The position numbers and the translations under genes were made by a program. A model generated the notes under the pieces. It was given only the letters and a program-made list of their open reading frames with translations, made no database searches and was not told the origin of the DNA. Positions 14,811-26,800 of a stretch of DNA of 64,000 bases are shown here, piece after piece. The stretch's first letter is position 1; every line of letters begins with the position of its first letter. The stretch comes from Phoronis australis. Its lineage: Eukaryota; Animalia; Phoronida. The DNA lies in the NCBI GenBank assembly GCA_002633005.1, contig NMRA01000107.1, positions 539,169 through 603,168 of the forward strand, given 5' to 3'.

Positions 14811-14900
14811 CTTACCTGTCCCAAGTCTAAAACGCAAACTTCGAACACAAGTGTGACTGCGCACAATCAGTTGCACATTGATTTACTTCCGGGTCGCGAC
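14811..14900 (-). promoter_or_regulatory. Candidate promoter and first exon of an unidentified minus-strand transcript
   Basis: Strong donor CAG|GTAAGT near 14816, ETS motif ACTTCCGG near 14885, locally CpG-rich; possible downstream exon-like segments near 10647 and 8481-8594. Confidence 0.3.
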
Positions 14901-15238
14901 AGCGACACCTTCGCTGGCCTCGTGGTTCACTCTCCAGTGCGCACCTCACTGTTTAGTTACTGGAAGCGCGCAAGACATGTCCGTACCCGGGGCCATGGGC
15001 GGCGCAGCACTGAAAAAGTGGGTAGTTAAAGTGCCCCCAGACCCCTATGGTGCGCCGCCCATGGGCGGGGGAGGTGCAACGGGTGCGAACGAGCCCTCCA
15101 TTTGGAAAAGTGGACAAAAAGGTCCGTCTTAAAGAAACAAAATCATGATTTCCGAGAAAAACGAGACAAAAGTCCACTACAAAGGCAGGAATTCGGCGTC
15201 TGCACAATTCATAGCCCTGAACGAACCCAGTACCGTTC

Positions 15239-15770
15239 CGTTACGGCGTTCTCCCGTTCAGTGACTTTACCAGGCGTTGAGGGTTGTGATCATGTGATAC
15301 CATCTACCACATTTGTTAAGTGCCAAGCACACTCTTTTGTCTAGTATTACAACAGGCACGCCAATTATCTACCAGGCTTATTACAGGCCTCTTTTGAACA
15401 CACTCAACCTCCGGCTGGCCAGAGAGAATTAGTACGGTACGTTCGGAAAGAATAGATAAGCGTAACTTCGGTTGTAGTAGGGCGATTTTGGCGATTCACG
15501 ATCAGCATTTAACGAGGAAATCAGAAATTCTATTGGTTTATGTTCAAATATGCTGTAACTTAACTTTATTTTTAACAGCACAACCCAGTCAGGCTAGACA
15601 CGATTTTGTTGGAGATTAGAGCAATTATCGGATAAAAGAAAGCTGGCCCTCCAACCATAAATGATTAAAATCAGTCGTGTAAGATATTGACGGCTACAGG
15701 GGACATCTTCCCAACTTGTTGTTGGGCTACAGAATCGAACAAGTTGGATCAACGGGAAAACGCCGTCATG
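15239..15770. mobile_element. ~520-bp MITE, copy A
   Basis: Ends TTACGGCGTT ... AAAACGCCGTCA; colinear homologue at 49426-49946. Confidence 0.75.
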
Positions 15771-15949
15771 GGCCGTTTTTTTCCTTAGTAAAAGGTTCAC
15801 ATCCTCAAAAAATTTTAGGCTGGATGCCGTGTGTGTGTGGCATGCACGGGAAATGCAAGCAAACGATTCAATTTTGAAGAACAAAACTTCGTTGCGAAAT
15901 ACTACTGGAAACTAAAAACATCAAGGAAGTGCAAAGAGAACCTTTCCAA

Positions 15950-16715
15950 GTTGATGACTAATGAGTCGGATTTTATTTATTTAAGTACTTAAACTTCTTT
16001 TTCGTCCTACGGTTTGTAAACTTCAACCCAGCAATCTAGTTCCTAAGCCAATAAACAATTTATTATCATTTGAATTGTGAGAGTCTTTTAAGACACTTTG
16101 TAGAGCTGTCCAAAATTCATCAATTTCCTTGAGACTTATTTCAGATAGACAAAAATCGTTTAGCGTACTTTTATATTTGGGGTTCTGATGATAGATTGAC
16201 TTTTCCCAATGTCGGCCTGCAACTAAGATCATTGAAACATTGTCATTTCTTTCAAGATTAGCTTCTAATTGTCAAAAAATCATCTACCAATCAGTCCATT
16301 TTCGTAGGTACATAAACATATAAATCAGAAACAGCAATTAAATCCATGAGCAATGCGTTTAGCCTGATTTAATGACTTAATTCTTTTTTGATCCCCTGTT
16401 AGTGAGTTTAAACAACAAATCTTGTACTGACGTCAAAAAGCAATGTATTTAATGTCATTTGAACTGTGAGAAAATTTTTGGGAAGTGTCCAAATTTCATC
16501 AACGTCTTTGAGAGTTATTTTATAGGCAAAAAGTGTCCAAATGCACTTTACTATTTGGGCATCTGATTGTAGAGTTTGTTTCCATATTCAGGCTTCAACT
16601 AAATTCCCTGAGTCTTATCTTCATCATTTCTTTAAAGATTAGCTTCTAATTGCCAAAAATCATCTACTAACCTGTCAGTTTTCGTAGATACATAAACATG
16701 TAAACCAGAAACCAA
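15950..16715. repeat. Diverged tandem duplication, ~385-bp unit x2
   Basis: AAGATTAGCTTCTAATTG(T/C)CAAAAAATCATCTAC...TACATAAACAT near 16255 and 16635; GTCCAAA(A/T)TTCATCAA near 16108 and 16487. Confidence 0.7.
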
Positions 16716-19700
16716 CGAATTTGTTGATCAGAACGGAATGTTATAAGCAATTTCCGTAGCCATGCTCGCAGATTTTTGGCTGGTAACCAGGGGAAAATGG
16801 GAGACTGGACATTCATAGTAAGGTGTATTTTTGCTCATTTTCGAGGTACCTGTAACGGTTCATTTGAACTAAAAAAGCTGAAATATTTGTTTGTTATTAG
16901 GAGTATTTGAGTACACTCGTTCGACATGTACACGGTCACCCCAGTGGTAGCCTCGACAGCAGTGTTTTCCACATGTGGGAATTCCTTACAAACAACTCAT
17001 AGTAACCATTTTCAAAAGAGATGCTATTCTTGTGATACTATGGGAAACTGTAACATTTTTCTATAACTAACCATCAGAAATAGTCCTTTTGTGTAATTAA
17101 CAAATAGGGGTCTTCACGTTCTTCAAAATTCCACCCTTTCGATGGCGGTCAATCCTATTGTATTTTTTCACATTTTTTGGTTGTTTGGGTCGAATGTCTT
17201 GATACTGCTTTGCTGTGCACGAATGTTTTGTGTTTTTTTGTTTTTTTTTTGATGAATTTGGAATCTCAACTTTCCTCGTGAATACTTGGCAGTGTCGGAT
17301 TTACATGTATAGAAGGACAAAGCGACATTTCCCCCGAACTGCTCCACCGAAAGAGGGTCCCGTCTGAAATGGGACACCTTAATTATGAAAGGCTAAACAC
17401 TATTAAGCTTGGAAAACAGTGACAGTTCATTCCACCGTCGTGTAGTCTCAAGGCGGTACAGGAAGTGACCTTCTTCAACATGATGAAACTCGGTTGCACG
17501 ATTTCACAAAAAAAGAAATTAGACGTAATCGATGCCAACATTGGGCTCTATATCAATGAGCGGACCCTTAAGAATTTGTCAATAAAAACATGAAAAGGGT
17601 AGCCACTTGAATGTCGTTAATGGCTTCCTTCAAGGGTGTGCCCCTCAATATGAAAATATCTATATTTTGAAAAATCAAAAAATGTGCAGATGATGTCTGT
17701 CAGGTCATCAAGTGATATAAAATTCTAGAAAAAAGCCACAGTTGTCTCCGTTATCCCTTTTCGACAAACTACCTAAGTTGATTCTATTTCCGCTTGTTCC
17801 CACGCATTGCAAAAATGTACACAATCTAAGTCAAAAGTGCCACTTCAGTTATACTATTGATATTTTCCGCGCAATCTGAACATGACCACCTGCGTCATAA
17901 AATGCACAGTCGTGTTTAACTTGCCTGCACACCACCTCACGTAAAGCAAACCTTCTCGGGGATCATGGGGCCTTTCACTGATGGTTTACGTGCGCGAGCG
18001 CCCTTTCGAAGTCCGGGTTTGGTCCGCTTCAGTTAACTGCGCACTCACCCAAGCAACATGCTGGGTACGGGCGTGCAAGACGTACGTAATCTCCAAGAAT
18101 CGACTCACTTAGAATTGTGGAAATCGACGACATATCCTGCTTCCGCTCAAAATAATTAGGCGAAGGCACAATTGACGGGAAAAATAATCAAAAAAGGTGA
18201 TTTTAATAACCTTTTTTGATTCCCGGTCAGAAATAGCCGCGTGGCATTGCTATTGATGTTTGATATTACCTGGCCTAGGATCACTCAGACATATTCATTT
18301 CGTAAGCCATCTATATTATTTTACTTAGATTCGGGCTGACTCAGCACTTATGTCGTGGATTTTCACGAAATGTGTGACAGTTCTACGGAGTGAGCGGACT
18401 CGTGGACGAGACGGTCTTGTTTCTTGGAGACTTATACGATATTACAAGAAAAGATACTTAATGCTTTGCTCTCTTAAAAACACACATCTCATTTGTTACC
18501 TGTGGAATTAAACTGACAAGATCTGTGCAAGGTGATGAACCAGTGTAAGTTAAAAGTATGCGGTCTCTGGGGTAGATTAGCAAGAATGCTTGCAAAGGGG
18601 ACCAAACTGTGCCCTTAATTGTTACGAGGCCGGGTCAACCTATTTTGCTATTTTTCCAAATAAGTAAGTCAATGTAGTCAGGAACTTGACCGATATTTGT
18701 AAGGTCAGACACGTTTTTACGAAGTCCACCCCGGGGCCAGTATTTTTACTGCTAGTTAGCCATCTACAAAGAATTTATGCATGGTCTTAAAATTATTTCA
18801 ATTTAAAAGACCTAAAACAATGACAAAATATCACTGTCAACAGGAAGACATTAGTTGCATTCAATAAAGATGAGGATGATGTTGGTGATTGATTCAATTC
18901 CAAAATTCAAAATGTCGATTGTAAACGACCAATCGCTTCAATTGTTGCCATTTTGTTAAGTCACGCTAGTAAAGTCTCAGGCATACTCGAGAAGCTAAAC
19001 ACTCACCTTTCATTCACGGAAGAAACGTGGTCTACAGAGCTACTGCTTCTTTTGGTAACCTTTTCCAAGATGTACTCCCAAGGTGTCCATGGGTCACTTA
19101 ACAGTTCGCAAAACGGATATCCCATTTGTCGTGGACTCTCAAGTTTCAATATATTGTTGTTGGAAGTATTTGGAAAGTATGGAAACTTCAGACTTCTCGT
19201 CCCGATAGCAAGATAAAATAATTATTGTTCAAGTATTCTCATAGCAATTAAATGTTTTAGCATCTATTACCTTTCGTGTAATGGAATATCATAAACTAGA
19301 CGTTTAAGTAGCGTTTAGGCGCTATATAAATAACCAATTTCACAAATCTGCCATTTGTTAATTCACTGTTAAAGTGGTTTACAGATATCATGATGATACT
19401 GTCAAAACTCTGAAAGAGTTAGTACTGACCAGTTAAATCGGTCACGTTTCTTAATCAAACATATTTTCCATTTTTCTATTTATGAACTGTCATTAGTGAA
19501 TAATTACGGTAAGATTGATCACGAGATAAACGCTCATTTTTAAGATTTGTAACTCATCAATCAATAGATTATTTAGTCGAATAATTAACCCAGTAAAAGC
19601 CATTGTCAGGTTGGCCGAAAAATTATTCCTATGGAACGCCGTCCCCATCATCTTAGTGCGTTTCAATTGTTCGCGTTGTGACGCAATTCTCCTGCTCCCA

Positions 19701-20529
19701 TTAATGCTCAGTTGACCAATGGCAGGCTGTGATTTGGTCCATTTCAATGACGTGTTTGTGATACGACTATGCACTCCCGCCCACTTGCCAATGGCCGACG
19801 AGCGACAAGTTTACACTTGCACTGGTTCGAAATGCTGATTTCCAATCTTGGCGGAAGTTTAAGTCAGACTGAAATGATGCGGCAAGAAAGAACTCAAGAA
19901 CTTTATAGACAATTTCGCGGATGCCAGAAGTTATTTAGTGGGTTTTATAGTATGCTATTAAAATGTCACCTGGACATGTACATTATTAGTGAACATTTTA
20001 ATTTTTTTTTCTTATTTAAGTTACCGGCTCCTCAGTCTGGAATTCTGCTTTCAGTAAGTGTTTCACCTGCAAAATGAAAACTGTACGTGTACCATTCCGC
20101 TTTTAGTAAATACATTTCAGGCATTTTGATAGTGTTACACCAGTTACCCTGGAGGTCTGTATTGTTAGCATGTCTGCCTTTGTTATCTGCGTTTAGAACT
20201 TCTGAGGGCGCTGTATTACGGCTCGCACCCAGGTACTTCATAAGTTAGTATTTTCTCTTGTCAACGTGGCAGTCTAGCTGTAAATAGTCTCTGAATTTCT
20301 AAAAGTTCTAGCTGACCCTGTCGATTCCTCTCAAGCTACACCACATAATTTTACCATCACATTTATATCAACAGCGTATGCACGGCAAGTGATGTGTTCT
20401 TCGAGTGCTCGGCGACACCAAACGGACGAAATCACTGTTGGTGATTGCACGGCTTTGGTACCACGCGGCGTGTCCCAGAAATTCATTCTCTTGCTGACAG
20501 AGACGTGATTTGCAACCTAAGGCCAGGAT

Positions 20530-20730
20530 TTAATTGGTTCATTTAATTCCGTACACCCATTCCTCATTGGTTCATCTACAAGTATCGACACGCATTGCTT
20601 TATAACACGAACAATTGACGCTAACCAAGTGACATGAACGGCGTTCCATACATACCCTCATTCACGTGTGGCCTGGAGTTCGAGTTTGAACGTTTTAAAC
20701 GCTATATAAATAACCAATGACATTGTGGAT
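20530..20730 (+). promoter_or_regulatory. Core promoter of the secreted peptide gene (two CCAAT boxes, E-box, TATA box)
   Basis: ATTGG near 20534 and 20566, CACGTG near 20663, TATATAAA at 20703-20710, about 70 nt upstream of the ATG at 20781. Confidence 0.6.
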
Positions 20731-20780
20731 TTGAGTAAAGTCTTAGGAGACACCAACAACTTCCAGGTACTTGACTGAAA

Positions 20781-20841
20781 ATGGAGTTAAGGTTGCCAAT
20801 CATTGTTTTTGCTGCACTGCTCTGTATAGCTGCTGCTGGCG
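20781..20841 (+). CDS. Secreted peptide gene, exon 1 (signal peptide)
   Basis: AAAATGG start context, 20 mostly hydrophobic codons, GTGAGT donor at 20842. Confidence 0.75.
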
Positions 20842-23800
20842 GTGAGTAATTTTGTCTTGTAGACACAGATCTTCTACAAGCTCCAAATCTGCTAAATCTG
20901 TTAAATTTAAGTAGATGTTCAGTAAACACGTCTACAAGCTCGTAAACTGCTGACCAGGAGGTAAATTTGTGAGTTAAACACGTCTTTCACGACTTGTAAA
21001 CTTGCCTGCCTCTAGGCTGGAAAAAATATCAGACTCACAATTCCAGCTTAAATTCACGACATTTAGACTTTAAGATTTCTTCTAGTGTTCAAGCCATGTC
21101 GACTGACTGCGACAGTTTGTAAATAAGCAGAGTGTAGGCCTATTACTGAGATATTGGGTATCGGCAAATATATAAACGAATGTGTGTGTGTGTGTGTGTG
21201 TGGACATTTGAGAATACGTTTTTTACAATTCTCTCAAAGCAAAGTAACAACTAAAAAGTGATTATTGGTCTTGCTAGTAACTGACAGTTCGTTATCACTG
21301 GAAACCATTGCTCTGCGAATGAACTGACAAACCGTGACGAGTCAACTTGTGGAGCTTCGTATCAAGCAATAACGACCTGCAAATACTTTTCAAGAGCGCA
21401 AATCAGATCTGCCGTTTTGAATAATGACATTTTTTGACAACTTTCATAACCGTGAGTGGTCTACAGCGGAAGTTGGTTTTTGTGATGGGATGTGGTATGA
21501 TAGACGCTTCAAACCTTTGGCATGCATACGCACGCGCTAAAGCTTTTCAAGCGCTGGTGAGGCATTTGTCCCCTGTACAAGTGAAACTTGCTCTGATACG
21601 CCGTAACATAGTAACATAGTTACATTTCACGTTGGTAGACCTCTCCTAAAATGTAACAAGTTGTTACAATTTACGTCGAAAGCACTTGTGAGAAATGTAC
21701 CATTGTTACATTTTACGAAAGCGATGTCATATTCCAAAAAGTGAATGACAAAATCACGAACAAGTGACACGGCCGGGGGTATTCAAGTATTTCTGGACGA
21801 GAGGTGCCGCCCGAAAATTTTGGATACCTACCCATTTAGAGAGAGTGCTCGGACAAAAAAGCGACCCATTTAGAGAGTAATTTTTTTTGTAAAAAATCAC
21901 AAAAATTCCAAAAAGGCACCCTTTTAGATTGTCGAAAATGACACCCTTTTGTGCAACATTTTTCGTACACCTCTTCTGTAGGAATACCATGCGGGCTGAC
22001 ACGGAATGAATTTGGTTAACCATTACTATTATTGTTATTATTATTGTTCTTTTTACATATATTCATTTGAACAAAATATTTCACAGTTCAAAATTATAAC
22101 ACACATGCACGCACACATACATACATACATCACAAACACACCCGGGATCAGAATGTTGTCAAAGACAATAGTAGCTGCAAACACGGAACACTAGAGTTTA
22201 ATTATTATTACTATTACTATTGCAATTATTGTTTTATTATTATTATTATTATTATTATTATCATTGAATTTATTTTACGAGGTCACAGTGTAAAATACGC
22301 AATGCATGTTTAGGAAAGGGCTAATACACCATGGTCTTCAAAGATTTTAAAATCATCTCACTTATGGTTCAAGGTTTTCAAGGGGCATCCCATAATGGAC
22401 AGCGGGTGCAGATTCAAAATAATTTCAAAGAAAGTCCTAGGTTCAACCTTAACGATATTTTGAGAAACGCCTTGACAGCTGTGGATGCAGACTAGGCCTA
22501 CTTTTTGTAAACGAGGAGGTTGAGATTTAAAATTGTGTGCGCTTACTTCAAAAATTTATTACATCTGAACTATCGGCAAGCTCGGTGTTGTTTGGGATAT
22601 GACTATATACTTGTGTAGTTTGCCACGAAGAACTGAATTCAGCCTGTAATCTTTTGCGACTTACATCTAAACGTGAGGATACACACCGTGTTACCATTTT
22701 TTGTCTCTCTTTGAAAGCATTCCTTTCCAAGGAACTGGGGCTCGTTCAACGATGGTGTGTAAGTTCAAAAATTGCGATAAGTTGAACTCTGGAGACAGAC
22801 ATTTTTCGAGAACTGGAGACTAATCGGATATGATTGCAGTCACCGGGTCATTAGAATAGCGGATAACGGACATACAAAACACGTAACAATTTGATACGTG
22901 GAACAGGCCCCTATTTTCCTAGAAGAACACTGGGATTTGAAGTAGGTTTCGTTGAAAGTGGGTTGTATGGAATAAAAACGGCCAGCGTCGAAGTCAGTAG
23001 TATGCTGTTTTGTGTGAAGTAGCAAAAGAGTAAATATACCAAATTCCCTTATCTGTCCACAACTACGTGTGTGGTTGACTGCAACCTGCAACACAATGGC
23101 TGTTCGTTGGTAGTACAATGTCCAATCTCTGTCATTATGTATATGTTTCGGACTAACAAATACTGGCAAAATAACAAACAGGTTTGATTTTATCGGAACA
23201 GTGATATTTCTTTCATCTTTTAAAAGATGTTTAAATCTTGGGACTACGCCACCACGTTTATAAAATATTGGCTCGCACTTCTTAAACCCAATGTTTTGTT
23301 GTTGCATTGGAAAGTCTGTCAACCTGCCTGCAGATAAATGTGTTATTATATTTCCTTGAGCCATATTGTCTAAATTATGAAGTTGTCATTCGCCGGCCAA
23401 GTACCACTCTGTAGCTGATTCGTTGCGCGCTTTTAGTCCAGTGACCGATGTTTTGATATTCTGTTGCGCACGCGCTGTTTCGTTTTGGGAAAGACATAAC
23501 AGAACTTCTCACGAAAGAGGCGCAACATTGCTTTGAAGTGACGAGGGGGTTTGTTTGATATCTCAAAGGCAGGCTGAAGTTTGCAAGAATTCGTCAGTAA
23601 CACCACTTGTTGAGCGGAGCCAACACGTACGTCCAATAATAAGTGATGCTTCGTTTCTAAGGTGTTCTCATAAAAAGACGAAAATCTCACTGTGACAGTC
23701 GAGCGTTAAATTCTCAGTAGTCAACTAAAGGGTGAATGTTTTAGATGGTCTGTTAATTTTATATTTTGCCTCAACACAGTTAGTGTTTGAATGCAAGTGG

Positions 23801-26800
23801 TCGACAGACAGTTCCCATTACTGCTAACATGGAACAAATGCCAAATCATCCATCATATACAACTGTACGAAGCTCATAATTATTGATAATATTCAGCGCT
23901 GCCATAGACAGCTTTGTTTTATTACTTATGTTTTCAAAATATTTTGAGGTACAGAATGAAGCTCTTCGATTTAGAAAAACAGAAAAAGTCTCCAAAAAAG
24001 CGAAGACGCAGCACAGGATACATTCACTTACTTACGCGTGAGCAATACGACACAATCACGCAGTTAGCGTCAGGGACGTTTAAGGTGCCTGCAAAGCAGC
24101 GTACAACCGAGCAGAACACTGCAAAAGTACGGTTTTACAGAAATAAAGACTACTTCTCAGTAAAAGACGATAATTGTATTATAAAATGAAAGAAGTCAAT
24201 GCAAAGATAGAGTCTCACAAATTGTAAATACACAGTTCCACCAAAACTTTGGCAGCGGAGCAAGAGCTATTTCTCATCAATCGAAGGACGCGTATGCAAA
24301 TATTTCTGAATACACTATCAGAAACTGTTTGTCCAAGTCAAAGCGATACCAAAAAGCTTAAAGTTTAATAATCGCGCTTCCCCTACACCAGTAACTGCTA
24401 AGGCAAGGAACGAGAGATGGCAAATGGACTTAATTAACGTGAGTAACGTTCGCGTAAATTACGAGGGTAAAGTTTATCAGTGGATTTTGTCTGTTGTTGA
24501 GGTTTTTTTCACGATTCCTGATACTCCGACCACTGGTTGATGAAAGCAGTTCTGTTGTAAAAAAAGAGCTCCGAACAATCATTGCAGACCATGGATCATC
24601 AAAACTCATCCATTGTGATAATGGAACCGAGTTCAAGGGGGTTGTAGACACATTTTTGAAAAAAAGAAAAATAAGTGTCATCCGAAGCAGAGCGTACAAC
24701 CCACAGTCACAAGGAAAGTGCGAGGTCAGCCACGTTGGAGTGCGGCGAAAATTTCAATATAAGATGAGTAAAAAACCGGGGTTTAACTGGGCCAAAAGTT
24801 TGCACCAAATACAAGAAGCGGCAGCATTCCAAAAGACGTACTTGGATTCCAGAAACCAATCGACGTTTTCCATACCGCAGAATCTGACTGCTCTGTGCTG
24901 AGAAAAGCCCGTGTTGCGTCGGCGAAGCTCAGTTAATGATACAACGTCACGCGAAGGGAATTCAGAACCCAGTCTACCAAGTTGGAGAAAAGTCCTCATT
25001 AGATTCCCTCGAACATGTCACAGGAATCGGATACCGACAAGAAAATTCGTGTTGGAGGGCAAAGTTGAACAAAGAGATCTCGTAAAAGAAAAATATTACG
25101 TGCGGTTCTCAGGACCTGGTAAACGTTGCAATGCTGTCGAATGGTTTTCTGTAGTAATGAATGTCACGAGTACGACTTCTATGAGCAAAGTCTTCGGCAA
25201 AAGAGGTCTCAAGATGTGCGTCATGAAATTCTTATGAAGCAGAAGCACAGGCAGAAGTATTTCGTGGTGAAGAAACACCAGGACCGAGTCAGTGACTTCC
25301 TCCAGGCTCATCATGGCGTCCGAGTGTCGCTAGACCCCTGTGAAGCTGCAGGACTTCGCTATGAAGACGCACATGTACACGACGGAATCCCTTCGAGCAT
25401 ACAAAAGTGGATAAAAACACGTCATTGTTGACGGTTATCTAGCGAGTCTGCATTAAGTTAAAGTAGCCAAACTTCCACTCTCGTGTTTGATCATTGTACA
25501 GAAATCAAGATTTCCATTGACCTGCAGTAACAACGAAATCGCGTCAAGTTCTGCAACCCAAGAACATGAATCCCTAAAAAGCGTAAAAGTGGCAAAAATC
25601 TGCACATTAGATTGCAGTACTTAATTGAGCAGTGCGAAAAGAGAAAATCGGGCCTGCATATATATTTGCTAAAGTTCGAAGAAGACTCTGCGATACTGAA
25701 ATTAAATAAAACCAACCCTGAATGCAATAGGTCATCTTTACACTCACGCGTCCGTAAGAAATAAGCCAGGCTGTGGAAACCATCCACAAACAAGCATTGA
25801 GAATTTCCTGATAATTTTATCTAAGCCCCGTATACATTTGTACTACGTGTACTCAGTTACAACCTTTTTGCCTTATTTTGCGAACTGAACGAACCTAACT
25901 GCAAGCTGCTTGAACTGTAGTTTGTGTTCTGAATCGTGAACCAAATTACTGAAAAGTGAAAATGTGACCGATTTTTAAATCTTAGTCAAGAGATCATCCA
26001 AAGCAACAGGTGCTTTAACATATCACTTTTGATTATGAAGACTAGTTTCATCATGGTGCCTCAGCACATGATAATTGGAGCTTGTAGATCACAACAAGAA
26101 ATATTTTTACGCTGCCTGTGATACTTGAACCATGGACTTTTAAAAGGCCTCAATTTTTATGATGTGGCAGCAGAAATGTTGGTAAATTGAACTTCTGTAA
26201 AGTTTGAATTTGCGTTCTTAACATAAACCCCATTTTTAATGTTTTCCGATTGTGTATACCGATTCAACACATTTGCTTTATGACGTTTGAGTGTCAACAA
26301 GACAATAAGAACGCTTTAACAGTTATCTTGTTATCTGATCCTGGGAGCTCTTTCGTCTGTAGTTGAAACTGTACAGGTTACATTTTTTACTATACAGCGG
26401 CGAATCTACGGGGGTTCAGGGAGTTTAACTCCCCGGGACAGGATCAAAATATAAATTAAGAAAACGGCGCCAGGAAAACAAAATCCGTAACAAAAACCCC
26501 CTCCACACTTCCCCCTACACGGGGCTGCACACCTCGGATTCGCGGTAATCCTAATCCCCCCTTTACTGAGAACGTAGATCTGCCACTGCTATACCAATAA
26601 ACTATTCATGTTAAAAAACAGTGGAAACCACATAGGGACACATCTATCAATTTGAGCTGGCACATTTGACAGAATTCCATTTAAGCAATCCGAGAAAGGA
26701 GGCGCTAATTGTGTGAACCGTTTTCTTCGTGTGACAAAAGTCATGAAAACTAGTGAAATATGACGTCGCTTTCGTAAAATGTAACAATGGTACATTTCTC

